64,000 nt of DNA, from the NCBI GenBank assembly GCA_965223905.1, contig CBDCXV010000011.1:1-64000 (forward strand). The letters run 5' to 3'. Source of the stretch: Candidatus Latescibacterota bacterium. GTDB taxonomy: Bacteria > Latescibacterota > UBA2968 > UBA8231. Both the position numbers and the translations under genes were made by a program. The notes under the pieces are model-generated. The model did no database searches. It was not told the DNA's origin and saw nothing but the letters and a program-made list of their open reading frames with translations. This document shows, in pieces, positions 48,301-59,700 of the stretch (its first letter is position 1; each line of letters opens with the position of its first letter).

Positions 48301-51180
48301 CTATTCCCTTTCCTGCAGGCGCCCAAGCGCCCTCCGTGCCAGCTCCAGCGTCGAATCCTCCTGCACCGCCTTCTGCAACGCGGCGACTGCCTCTTCCCGG
48401 CGGCCCTGCTCTGCATAGGCCATGCCCAGATTCAGGTGGGCCCGCGCCAGGTCCGGGCGCAGGCGCACCACCCTTTCGAAGGTGGCGATCGCCCGCGCCA
48501 AGCGCCCCGCCTGATGCTGGGCGAGCCCCATGTCGTTGAGGGCCGTGACGAGACCTGCGTCGGCGGCGTACGCCCGCCCGTACGCGGCGATGGCGCGGTC
48601 CAGCTTGCCCTGACCGTGCAAGGCCCCGGCCAGGGCGTAGTGGGCTTTGGCGAACTCCGGTTTCAGCGCCACCGCCCGCTCGAACGCCGCCGCGGCCTCG
48701 GCGCCGCGGCCCTGCAGCAGGTATTCCCGCCCGACGCGGAACTGCAGCTCGGCATCGTCCGGAGTGACCCTGAGCACCTTCCGGAAGCGGTTGATGCGGT
48801 CCTGTACCGGCCGCAGGCGCGCGAACAGCTGCTGTTCCCGGCGCGCGGCCTGCGGCTGGTCCAGGGCTTCGTACAGGCGGGCGAGATGCTCGTGCGGCGT
48901 CGGGGCCCAGGGAGCCAGGCCCGCGGCGGCCTGAAAGGCATTGATCGCGGAGCGACGACTTCCCGTGCGCAGGTAGGCGAGGCCCAGCCGGTTGCGAATC
49001 TCCCATGCCCTCGGCGCCAGCGCGGCTGCTTTTTCGAGAGCGGCGACAGCGCGTTCCGGTTGATCGAAGCTCAGCCGAACCGCTCCAAGCAGGTGAAAGA
49101 TGGGTGCACGGGTCGAGTCCTTCGACACCGCCTCTTCCAGGACGCGGGCCGCCTTCCGGATCCGTCCCAAGCGCTTGAACAGGGTGACGGCGAGAGAGTA
49201 ATAGGCCTCCATGTGGTGCGGCTCCCGTTTGATCACCTCCCGGAATAGCCGCTCGGCCTCCTCGTGGCGGACCTCTTCGTGCCGTTCGACCCCCATCAGG
49301 TAGATCTCCCGGGCCGTGGCCTGCGCTGGAAGCGCGGCCAGACCGGACGTCTCGTCACCGGCCGGATCTGCCATCTTTTCCCCTGCGGGAGATTTCGTCT
49401 GACCAGGTACCGCCGCCGGTAACGCGGTCGCGACCGCGTATGAGGCGACCGGCTCGTCCTCTCCTTCCCTGAGCTTCAGGTACCGTCCGCTTTCCGGCTT
49501 CTCGAGAACCTGTACCCGGCCGGAAGGCCAGAGGATCTCCACCCGGTCCACCTCTTCCCGGGACCCGAGTCCGAACAGCAGCCGGTGGTCGTGTGCCGAC
49601 TGATAGCCGTAGCTCCGCCGCACCTCCCGGGTCCGGGTTCGCCCGCCGGCGCTCAGGAGCACGCGGGCGCCGATACCGTCGCGGTTGCTGGATGTTCCCT
49701 CCAATTCCAGGCCCAGCCAGTTGTTCCTGTTGCCCCCGTCGTTGCGCAGGAGGGTGGGCGCGTCGTTGAGATTCACCACGGCGATGTCCCGGTCGCCGTC
49801 GTTGTCGTAGTCGCCGAAAGCGGCGCCGCGGCTGACCTTTTCCACGTCCAGGCCGCTGCCGGCGTCAGCCGCCGGCGCGAACCTGCCCCGGTGATTCCAG
49901 TAGAGGAGGTTGCGCTGCCTGTAGCGCAGCGTGGTCGACTGGATCTCCAGCTGCGGGTAGAGGTGGCCATTGGCGACGAACAGGTCCTGCCAGCCGTCGT
50001 TGTCCGCGTCCAGGAAGGCCGTGCTCCAACCCACGAAAGGCCGCACCGGACCGTCCAGGCCGGCCGCGGCCGTCGCGTCGGCGAACATTCCCTTCCCGTC
50101 GTTCCGGTACAGGGTGTTAACGTCCGCGGAGAAATTGGTCACGTAGAAGTCCTGGTCGCCGTCGCCGTCGTAGTCCCCGAAGTCCACGCCCATGCCCGCC
50201 TGGGCCTTGCCGTCGGCGTTGTACGCCACCCCGGAAATCGCACCGACCTCGCGCAACTGCCAGTCGCTGTCGTTGCGCCAGAGCAGATTGGCCTGCTGGT
50301 CGTTGGCCACATAGATGTCCTGGTCTCCATCGTCGTCGTAGTCGCAGAACGCGACCCCCAGCCCGGCGAGTGCTTTGCCGGCTACCCCGGTGGCCGCGCT
50401 CACGTCTTCGAAGACGCCGCCGCCGCCGTTGCGGTAGAGCAGATCGGCCTGGGACCTCAACCCGATGGGCCCGCAGGCACCTTCTATTCCCCGGTAGGCC
50501 AGGCAGGGCTGGCCGTCGTTCGGGGGAGCTTCCAGGTCGAACTCCAGGTAGTTGGCGACGTAGAGGTCGAGCCGGCCGTCCGCGTCCAGATCGCCGAAGG
50601 CGGCGCTGGCGCCCCAGCCGTCGTCGCCGACCCCGGAGCGCGCCGTCACATCGGTGAAGCCTCCGTCGCCGTCGTTCCGGTAGAGGAGGTTCGGCCCCCA
50701 GTAGGTGACGTAGAGGTCCACGTCGCCGTCGTTGTCGTGGTCGGCCGCGGCGCATCCCATGCCCCAGCCCGACCCACCCACGCCGGCGCGCGCGGTGACG
50801 TCGGTGAAGAGTCGCCGGCCGGAGGACCCCGGGACGTTGCGGTAGAGGCGGCTGATGGCGGTTGGGGCCTCCTCCTCGACGCGCGTGCCGTTGACGAGGT
50901 AGAGGTCGAGGTAACCGTCGGCGTCGTAGTCGAAGAAAGCGGCTCCCCCGCTCATCGTCTCGAGAATGAACCGCTGCCCGGCATCGCCGGAGACGTGTGC
51001 GAAGTCCAGGCCCGAAGCCGCGGTCACGTCGGCGAAACGCACCTCCGCCCCCGGCTGGTGGCCGGGCTGCGGAGGGAGGCCGGATGGTGCGGTTTGCGGT
51101 GCCGGGGGAGCGGTATCCTGGTCCTCGGACGGAGCACAGGCAATCCCGCACGTCAGGACCAGTACCATCACCCGGTGCAT
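48301..51180 (-). CDS. CRTAC1/ASPIC-UnbV FG-GAP-repeat lipoprotein with C-terminal TPRs
   Basis: Lipobox-like GIA-C; repeated DxDxDGxxDLYV; RGAAFGDYDNDGD; SNRDGIGARV, FGLG, WPSG; TPR helices. Confidence 0.92.
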   Translation of the reverse strand: MHRVMVLVLTCGIACAPSEDQDTAPPAPQTAPSGLPPQPGHQPGAEVRFADVTAASGLDFAHVSGDAGQRFILETMSGGAAFFDYDADGYLDLYLVNGTRVEEEAPTAISRLYRNVPGSSGRRLFTDVTARAGVGGSGWGMGCAAADHDNDGDVDLYVTYWGPNLLYRNDGDGGFTDVTARSGVGDDGWGASAAFGDLDADGRLDLYVANYLEFDLEAPPNDGQPCLAYRGIEGACGPIGLRSQADLLYRNGGGGVFEDVSAATGVAGKALAGLGVAFCDYDDDGDQDIYVANDQQANLLWRNDSDWQLREVGAISGVAYNADGKAQAGMGVDFGDYDGDGDQDFYVTNFSADVNTLYRNDGKGMFADATAAAGLDGPVRPFVGWSTAFLDADNDGWQDLFVANGHLYPQLEIQSTTLRYRQRNLLYWNHRGRFAPAADAGSGLDVEKVSRGAAFGDYDNDGDRDIAVVNLNDAPTLLRNDGGNRNNWLGLELEGTSSNRDGIGARVLLSAGGRTRTREVRRSYGYQSAHDHRLLFGLGSREEVDRVEILWPSGRVQVLEKPESGRYLKLREGEDEPVASYAVATALPAAVPGQTKSPAGEKMADPAGDETSGLAALPAQATAREIYLMGVERHEEVRHEEAERLFREVIKREPHHMEAYYSLAVTLFKRLGRIRKAARVLEEAVSKDSTRAPIFHLLGAVRLSFDQPERAVAALEKAAALAPRAWEIRNRLGLAYLRTGSRRSAINAFQAAAGLAPWAPTPHEHLARLYEALDQPQAARREQQLFARLRPVQDRINRFRKVLRVTPDDAELQFRVGREYLLQGRGAEAAAAFERAVALKPEFAKAHYALAGALHGQGKLDRAIAAYGRAYAADAGLVTALNDMGLAQHQAGRLARAIATFERVVRLRPDLARAHLNLGMAYAEQGRREEAVAALQKAVQEDSTLELARRALGRLQERE

Positions 51181-51183
51181 GCG

Positions 51184-53112
51184 TTACCTGGGGGGCTGGA
51201 GATTGGGCATCACGCCGTCCAGGAGCCGCGCGAAACCCGCCTTCGCCACGCTCTCGAGCTGTTTGCCTCGACTCAGCCTGGCGTAGGTTTCGCGATGACG
51301 CCGGGCCTCTGCCTCCTTCCCGACCCGTTCCTTCAGCATGCCGAGAAACAGGTGCGGATAGGGATCTTCCGGCACCTCTTCCCGCACGTATTCGAGGTGG
51401 GCGATGGCCTCCGCATGCCGCTGCCGGCGGGTCAGCAGGAGCGCCAGCAGCTGACGGGCCCCGAGATGGTCGGGGCGCAGCCGGATCGCTTCGCGGAGAT
51501 GGATCTCGGACTCCTGGAGCTGTGCGGCGTCAACGGGCGAGGTGGAATCCACCTCGAACAGGCTGTCCTCCAGGGCCCGCTCCAGCAGCGCCCCTCCCAA
51601 CCTGGCGTGCCAGAGGTGATTTCCGGGATCCTCCGAAAGCAGCGCGCGGTACTGCTCGATCGCCCGGTCCGTTTGCCCGCCGCGATCGTACAGCTGGGCC
51701 AGCTGGTAGCGCAGGAGGGTGGAGTCAGGCCGGGCCGCCACCGCCTCGGCGTAAGCAGCGGCGGCGCGGTCGATCCGCCCCATCGCCCGGTAGGCCTCCC
51801 CCAGGCGCACCAGCAGTCCCGGCGAGGGAGCGCCGCGTGCGCGGACCTGCTTCCAGGAGAAGACGGCCTCGTCCATGCGTCCGGTGGCGGCGTAGCCATC
51901 CCCCTGCAGGAGCAGGATCTCCGGTGCTTCGGGATGAGACCGGAGGAACTCCGCGCAGACGGTGAGAGCCTCCTCCGGCCTGCCTTGGTCAAGGTACAGC
52001 TTCGCCAGCTCCCGCGTGGCCGGCTTGTGAGCCGGCATCTGCTCGACGGCCCGGCGGTAGGCGCCGGCGGCATGGGCCGTCATCCCCTGACGGGCACAGG
52101 CGACGCCCATCCAATAGTGATGATGCGCAGCGCCCGCCAGATGCGCGGGCGTCTTCACCCCGAGGTTGCAGGCGACGACAAGGAAGAGGATGCCGGCCGT
52201 CTTCCACGCTCTTCGATTGCTTCTCCACAGGTCTTCTACGGCCAGAGCGGCGAAGGGCAGCATCAGCAGCGCCAGGGGCAGCCGCTGGCGCGCATCGGGG
52301 GCGAGGAGGCCGAACACAACCGCGGACGCGAAGACGAAAAGCAGCAGCGCCCTGCCGGCCGTCGTGCGGGCCCCGGCAGAGCGCCCGAACAGGACGAGCC
52401 CGGGAATGGCCAGAGGCAGTATCACCCCGAACGGGAAGGCCAGCCACCGGTCCCACAGCAGGGCGCCGATCACCGCGGAATGGCCGCTGATCAGATAGGG
52501 ATCGAGGTCCGGGAGCAACTCCCGGCCCTGGACGAGATGGAAGAGATTGGGCGCCGACCCGGCCAGGCTGCCCAGGGCCGGCAGGTTGCGAAAGGGAAGG
52601 GATTCGACCAGCACCAGGGCCAGAAGCAGGGCGGAGATCGTCCACCTGCAGACCGGCTTCTGCACCGGCGGACGGGCGACACTCAACAGAAACAGAGGCC
52701 CAAGCAATGTCGACCACGTAGTCGGCGTCAGCTCGCCGACGAAGCAGATGGAGGGCCCGTAGAAGGCCGCGGCCAGGCCGGCCGCAAGACCGATGGCGCG
52801 GGAGAACAGGGTCGCGGACAGCAGGTAGATCAGCAGACAGGCGGCGGTGCCCGCCGCGGCCTGGCCGAAAAAAACCAGGGTCGGATCACCTTCCCCGATT
52901 CGGAGGGTGGCGCCGACAACGCGGGTGTAGAGGGGAGCGCGGGGTGAGGGTTGGTCCAGACCTGAATCCCGGTCCGGCGCGACGCCCGCGAAGAGAGAAG
53001 CCACCCCGCCGGGACCACTGAGAAAGGGACTGTCCTGGATTTCGTGGAGATAGGCGAATCGCACGGCGATCGCCGCAAGGCCGATCAGCAGCAGGCGCTG
53101 AAGGTCGGACAC
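51184..53112 (-). CDS. GT-C/PMT-like membrane protein with C-terminal TPR repeats
   Basis: N-terminal TM array (RAPLY, AAFYGP, ARQRLP) followed by TPRs. Confidence 0.7.
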   Translation of the reverse strand: MSDLQRLLLIGLAAIAVRFAYLHEIQDSPFLSGPGGVASLFAGVAPDRDSGLDQPSPRAPLYTRVVGATLRIGEGDPTLVFFGQAAAGTAACLLIYLLSATLFSRAIGLAAGLAAAFYGPSICFVGELTPTTWSTLLGPLFLLSVARPPVQKPVCRWTISALLLALVLVESLPFRNLPALGSLAGSAPNLFHLVQGRELLPDLDPYLISGHSAVIGALLWDRWLAFPFGVILPLAIPGLVLFGRSAGARTTAGRALLLFVFASAVVFGLLAPDARQRLPLALLMLPFAALAVEDLWRSNRRAWKTAGILFLVVACNLGVKTPAHLAGAAHHHYWMGVACARQGMTAHAAGAYRRAVEQMPAHKPATRELAKLYLDQGRPEEALTVCAEFLRSHPEAPEILLLQGDGYAATGRMDEAVFSWKQVRARGAPSPGLLVRLGEAYRAMGRIDRAAAAYAEAVAARPDSTLLRYQLAQLYDRGGQTDRAIEQYRALLSEDPGNHLWHARLGGALLERALEDSLFEVDSTSPVDAAQLQESEIHLREAIRLRPDHLGARQLLALLLTRRQRHAEAIAHLEYVREEVPEDPYPHLFLGMLKERVGKEAEARRHRETYARLSRGKQLESVAKAGFARLLDGVMPNLQPPR

Positions 53113-53116
53113 CTCG

Positions 53117-54165
53117 CTACTTCCGGAGCAGGCTGTCCGGCAGGGCTTCGGTCAGCTCCCTGGAATGCACCACCACCTGCGAGGCGTACTTCTCGCCCAG
53201 CTTCCGCAGCAAGCCCTCCAAGGCTTCCGCCTGCCGTCGTCCGAGCAGCAGGGTCCGCGCCCGGCGGCTCGCCCGTTCGTAGGGATACATGCTTTCCGGA
53301 ACCCGCTCCAGCACCCGAAAGATCGAGTATCCACCCGCCACGGCGACCGGTCCCGTCAGTTCTCCCTCCCTCGCCAGGGCTGTCGCCGCGGTCAGTTGAG
53401 GGTAGATCTGCCCCTCCTGCCGGTGGAAGTGATACCGGGCACCGAGCTTGCGGGCGTCGGGGCGCAGGCTGTGGCCCGCCAGATCGACAAATCGCTCGCC
53501 CGCTGCGATCCGGTCGCGGATTTCCCTCGCCGCGGCTTCGGATCCCAACAGCAGCTCCTCGACCGCGGTATACCCCTCGATGCGGAAGATACCCGGATTG
53601 TCGTCGTAGTAGCCCCGGACTTCCTCCTCTGAAACTTCGATGCCGGCCACCGCCGTGCTTCTTACCGCTTCGGCGACCGCCTGGTCCCGCTGCTGTCTGC
53701 GAAACCGGTGAATGTCCGGTGTGTCGTAGAGTCCGGCGGCCGCGGCTGCGAGCTCGAACAGACGCGGTGACAATACGTAGCTCCGGACCACTTGCTCGGC
53801 CTGGGCGCTGTCGGCAAAGCTCCGGCGCAGGCCGGCCGCAGCCAGAGCTTCATCCGCCTCGGCCACCGTGATGACCCCCTTGTCGTGGTGGTAGAGGGGG
53901 GTGGAGCTGGCAGCCAGGGGGTCGGAACGCCGCCGCCGGTAGGCTTCCATCAGCTCCCTCAAACCCGCCGGGTTCAGACGAACGCGGTAAGAGTGGGCGA
54001 GGGCTTCCCGGTGCTCGCTCAGTGCCTGAATTCTTCGCTTCCGTCTGAGTTGGCGTTCGATGAGAGGGGCGTATTTCGAAAACGCCACCGGAACGGTCTC
54101 CGTGAACCTGATTACCTGCCAGGAGCCCCCGGCGACCGCCAGCGGCCGGGAGACCTCGCCGTCGG
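53117..54165 (-). pseudogene. PpiC/parvulin-type peptidyl-prolyl isomerase, 5'-truncated
   Basis: VSEEEVRGYYDDN, GERFVDLA.HS, GELTGPVAVAGGYSIFRV. The frame begins mid-domain at DGEVSRPLAVAGGSWQVIRF with no start or signal. Confidence 0.7.
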
Positions 54166-56388
54166 GTCGCGGCAGCCTACGGTTACAATACCATAGGGGC
54201 GATGCTCGGCTGCCTGGCCGCGGGGTTCGTGCTGATTCGGGAGCTAGGTGTCCAGAACAGCCTTTATCTGGCCGCCGCCGTCAACGCCCTGGTAGTCGCC
54301 ATCGCCTTCGTCGCTTCCCGGTACAGGGGCAACAGTGCCGCGGCCGGCACCGAAGCCGGCAAACCGCGGATCGCAGCCGAGGCGTATGCTCGGCCGCGGG
54401 CTCTCGTCGCCATCTACTTCTGCACCGGAGCCCTCGCCCTGGGGTACGAGATCCTCTGGTTTCGCATTCTCGCCATCTACGCGACCAACAGCATCGTCAC
54501 CTTTACGCTCATCCTCTCCACCTACCTGCTCGGCTTTTCCGCCGGCAGCATTCTGCTGTATCCGCTGTTGGCCCGCAGGTTGCACGGACTCACCCTGCTC
54601 GCGGTCTCCAACCTCGGCGCGGCGTTCTCGGTATTCCTTACGTTGCCCCTGGTCTATTCCTTCCCCGCCATGCAGGAGGTGCTGCACGGACCGGCGAGCC
54701 GGGAGGCCCTGACTCCGCTCAGGCTTGCGGGCGTCGAGACCTGCTTCGCCCTCGTCATGATTCTGCTGCCGACGCTGTTCATGGGTCTGGCCTATCCCGC
54801 ACTCTGCCAGGTCCTGGTTCCGAGCAAGGAGTCCACCGCCGAGCGAACCGGCCTGTACTACTTTGTGGGAACCATCGGAGCCGTGGTGGGAGTGATCCTG
54901 GTCGGCTTCGTCGTCATTCCGGGATTCGGCCTGGTGGGCAGCGTCGGGACGCTCTGTTTCGCCAGTTGCGCGCTGGCTTTCCTGACCCTGCAGGTCGGCA
55001 GGGAGACCCCCGTTCGCGGAAGGTTTGTCCTGGTCACCTGTTGTTCGCTTCTGGCCGGAGCCGCCGTGCTCTATGGCTACAACGGCCATCCGTTCCTGAA
55101 GACCGCCAACGTCGATTTACAGGAGGGCAGATGGGTCGTCCGAAAGCCGCGTGGCGACGGCAGGATAAAGACGCTCCTGCGCTACGCGGCCGGCCATTCG
55201 GGGACTGTCATCGTCAAGGGGATAAGCGAACCCGGCAGCAATATCACCACCGAAGCCCATATCTATGTCGATGACCAGGCCGTGGCCGCCTCCACGCTGA
55301 ACAACCGGATCGACTCGAAGATGCTCGCTCACCTGCCGCTGCTCCTGCACCCGGACCCGGAGCGGGCCCTGACCGTCGGCTTCGGCAGCGGCGGCACCTC
55401 CTGGTCGATGACCCTGCACGGGGTCGAGACCGACTGCGTGGAGATCGAAGCCGAGGTGCCCCGCTCCGCCTTTTTGTTCCGGGATCAGAATCGCGACGTG
55501 CTGAACCATCCCGGTTTCCGCCTGATCCTCAACGACGCCCGCGACCATCTGCACATCACGGACAGGAAGTACGACGTGATTTCGACGGATGCCACCAACC
55601 TGCAGTACAAACAGAACGGCAATCTCTATTCGAGGGAATATTTCCGCCTCATCAGGTCTCGCCTTTCCGCAGGGGGGATCGCCTGCACCTGGACGCCGAT
55701 GGTCAAGATCAGCGAGCCGGAATTCAAGATCCTGCTGAAGACCTGGGCCGACGTCTTCGAGCATCCCAGTCTCTGGTTCATGAATCACTCCCTCTCCAGC
55801 TGGTCGATATTCGTCGCCACACCCGGGCCGTTGACGATCGACATGAACCGGGTGCGGGAAGGTTTTGCCGATTCCGGCATTCGGGCGGACTTGAGCGACA
55901 TCCTCGTCGAGCACCCATTCCAGTTCGCCAATTTCCTGCTTTTGGATGAAGACGGGATTCGAAGCTACGTCGGGGACGTTCCGGTCCACACCGACGACCG
56001 GCCGCTTCTCGAGTTCTTCTCCGCGTTCGAATTCTACCAGCGCAATCACCTGAGGGAGAACAACCTGCTGGATGCACTCCCCTTCCGGCCCGGGAACGTT
56101 CGCCGCTTAGCCCGCAATCTCGACGGGCAGGATGCCGAGCTGTTCGACAAGTACACCCGGGCGGGCCAGCTGTGGACCGAGGTCCTGGCGCGCTTCATGT
56201 CCTATGGATACATGCGCTACGACACGACCGAGCCAGCCGCAGACAAGCTGAAAAAAGTGGAAGGCGCACTGCAGACGGGGATGCAGGCCCTCGATCTGCT
56301 GCCGGCCAACAGGGCCCTGCGCGACATCATGCAGCGGCTGAGCAAGGTGCGGCAGGAGCTGCTGGCGAAAGCCCGGCATGGCCGGTAG
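54160..56388 (+). pseudogene. Fused MFS/spermidine-synthase-like protein, 5'-truncated
   Basis: Begins at internal motif RRVAAAYGYNTIGAMLG; TM array then ALTVGFGSGGT, CVEIE, NDARDHL, KYDVI, LYSREYF, HTDDRPLLEF. Confidence 0.8.
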
Positions 56389-56773
56389 CTCGCAGCGGAG
56401 TCGACCACGTAACCGATCGCCCATGGCCTGGATCGTGATCGCCCTGAGTGGAGCGTCGCCAGCCGTTCGAGCACGTGATCGGGGTGGATGGACATGCGCT
56501 GGAAGGGAAGGTTGTCGCGCCCGATTCGCCGGATCGAACGGCCGGTCACCCGGGTAGGCTTTTGTGGGTCATCCCCTCCGAGAAGATGACCACTTCCCCG
56601 AGTCCGGGTACTCCTGCTTCCGGCACCTCCCGCGGTTCCTCGCACCGCCCCTTCTTCTCGCCCTTCCGGGTCCGGGAGCCCGACCCGGAGCGGACCGGGG
56701 AAACGTCCGCGCAGGGGCCCCTGCACCACCTCCTTCGGGTGGTCCCGCAGGTGATGGCGGCGGCGTGGCGGTG

Positions 56774-59700
56774 TCAGGGGGCGCTGAAGACCCAGGGGCG
56801 GGCCTGCTTGATCGCCAGTATATCGGCGCTGGTGATCTTGAACTCGATCTCCATGGCGAACGGTTCACCGGCTGCGGGGTCGTACAGCTCCGCGAACTCC
56901 TCGTGGATCACCTCGAGATGCTCTCTCAACTGGCGCAGTTGGTCATCGCTCATCAGGAGTTGCCCCGGCGGCACCTGGTTGGAGGTCGCAAGGACGGTGT
57001 ATGCACTGTTTCTGCTCAGCAGAAGTTCCTCCGGCACCGAGTGCGCCTCGGGGTTGGTGACCAGGTCCTCGCCGACCTGCGTGTTGACGTAGTAGCGTCC
57101 GTCTCTGCCGTAGATGGGGTCGAAGCTGACGGCGACACCGTTGGCCAGTTCGTCACGATAACTGGGATGCACCAGCACCCCCATCGCCGCCGCCAGGTGA
57201 TCGATGCGATGAAAATCGCGTTCGACGAAGGCGCGGAAGTTCCACAGACCGGCGTACACCTCCTTGAGGGACTTGGCGAGATCCTTCTCGTCCTCGCTCG
57301 GCTTCTGGCTCTTGGAGTCGTACAGCCCCGCGCCGTTGAAGCCCGGCAGGTCCTCGTTGTTGGTGCTGGACCGGTAGCGGCGGTTGATCCCCTCGGAGAA
57401 AGACTCATTCATTGTCTCGATTGCCGAGATGATCCAATCCGGCGTCTCCGCGTCCTCGATGGCCTTGCGCAGCTTCTTGAGGGAGTCCGCCCGGGCTTCG
57501 AAGTCCGTCTGGAAGGCTTCGTCGGCCAGCATGGTTTCAACGCGGGTGTAGAAGTCGTTGTGCTTCATGAACTCGTCGTAGAAGTAGAACGGGATCGCGA
57601 AGCCGTCGGGCACCGTCCCCTCCGGAAACCCCAGCGTCCCCAGCACCGCCACGTTGGCCGCCTTGACGCCGAACGCGTCCCAGTCATCGAAGCCGATCTC
57701 ACTGAGCGGCGTGATTTGGGTGATCTCGAGGTCCCGTTGCGGGATCTGTTCATGGGCGGGCCGGGAAGACTCGTAGTGCGCCTCGACTTCTGCGGGCGTG
57801 GCCGCCCCAAGCTCCCAGCCGCTATCCGTCACCTCGTAGCGGACGTAGCCGCCGATGAGAGTGTTGATAGAGCTGTTGTCGAGCGCGTCGGCGATGAAGG
57901 CATTGGGGATGCCGTCCTGCACGGCGCGCAGGTTGACGTGCGACAGGGGCGTCTGGGGCACGGTGCTGACGATGCCGGCCACGCGGGAAAGTTCGTTGGG
58001 CAGGGCCTCGTAGAGCACCACGTCGCGCGGGTGGGGACGTTCGTCCGGGTCCATGACCCGCAGCAGGCCGTACCCTTCCCCCGGGTTCAACGCCAGGAAG
58101 CCGGATTCGGGAGAGATGTCTTCGTCGAACAAGAGGTTGATTCGGGAATCCCTGTAGAGCGGCAAGTCGGACTGGAAAGACAGAAGCTGATTGTTTCTTA
58201 TGTGAAAGGCCAAGTTGTCCTCGAGCAGCCGCATGCTGGCGGCGAGCATCGTATAGGAGCGCGCCACAAGGCTGAAGGAGAAGGGGAAAACAGATCTTAC
58301 CGTAAGCGATAAACGGTAGACTCCCGGACTGCCATCGGGGGCAACGAGGTCCGTGTAATAGGTGATTTCACCGGTGATCATCCTGTCCTGGCCCGGGTCG
58401 AGACCTACGGCATCCAAGAAGTATTGATGCTGCTGGTAGGTCTCGGTGTTCATGAAGTAGACACGCGGGCGGGCGGTGTCCATGCCGAGCAGAACGAACT
58501 TGAGGAACAAACCGCTGAAGGAGAGTGTCTCGAATGTTTCCCGATCGGGAACGGTCACGGCCCCGTCAGTGAGTGCGATGGCCGCCGCCGGGTTCAGCGG
58601 GTTCATGCCCACCGTGTCGAGTTCGGTGAGGTCGTCAATGCAGTCGCCGTCGACGTCGGCCGGGTCGGCGACGAGGTACTTCTCCACCCGGTAGCGCTCC
58701 CTGGGCAGCGCCGCCACGTTCTCGGCGAGCGTGGTCGTGCCCGCTTCGCCGCGCTTGACCAGGACCGGCACCTCTACCGTCGCGCCATCCACATCGTGCC
58801 GCACATAGAGCACGAAGTAGTCATCCGTCGTGGACTCGACCACGATGGGAACCGCCGTCACCTGCACAGCCACCGGCGTCGGGGCGTCGCCGCCTTCTGA
58901 ACAGCTCCCCCCGAAGCCCGAGACGGACCATTCGCTCTCCCCTTCGTCGTTGTGCGCCCGCACCTGCACCTCGTAACGGGTGTTGACCTCCAGGTCCGGG
59001 ATCGTGGTAGTGGTACCGGGGCCGTCGTGCGGCCAGGGGAGGAAGCTGCCGCTCTTGCGATACTGCACGTCGTAGTCGTGGACATCGGGGCCGGTGTTGG
59101 CCGGCTCGGTCCAGGTCACGGTCAGGCTGGTGGAGGAGGCCGGCTCAACCCACGGGGCAGACGGCCTCCCGGGCGGTTCGTCGACGTCGGCTACGTGGAT
59201 GGTCACGTCAATGGCGGCAATGCCGCCATGTCCGTCCTCGGCTTTCACCGACACAGAATAGCGGGGCTTTGTCTCGTAGTCGTAGGTGGCGCCCGAGCGG
59301 GTGCGCAACTGGCCGCTGGTGGAGGCGAGGGTGAAACTCCCCGCATCCGTCCCCTCCAGGTTGTAGGTCAGCCTGTCGTCATCGCTATCCGTCGCGGTCA
59401 CCGGGTTGCCGATGTCCTCACGCGCCCCGGTGTTCTCGGCCACGGTGCGGGTTGCGGCCGGTGCCTCGTCGAAGGTGGGGGCGTTGTTCTGACCCGGCGG
59501 AGGCGGAGGCGGCGGGTCCGGCGGTGGAGGCGTTGGAGGCGTTGGAGGCGGCGGTGGAGGTGGAGGCGTCGGGGGCGGGGGGGTTACCGGACCACCACCG
59601 TCATTACCATTACCATCACCATCGTCACTGCCCGAGCCGGGTGGGGTCCGGGGCGGCCTGGGGGGCGGCTTGGGCTCGACGGTGACCCTGAAGCTCAGTG

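Noticed and set aside
49585-52947. 1120-aa plus-strand ORF and other long antisense ORFs (e.g. 6405..8675, 34659..36389, 31569..33281)
   Set aside because: Shadow frames of well-supported genes on the opposite strand, expected in high-GC DNA; no domain motifs.
59490-59670. GGAGGC/CCATCA low-complexity repeats
   Set aside because: Encode the Pro-rich and Gly/Asn linker of the giant protein; not an independent element.
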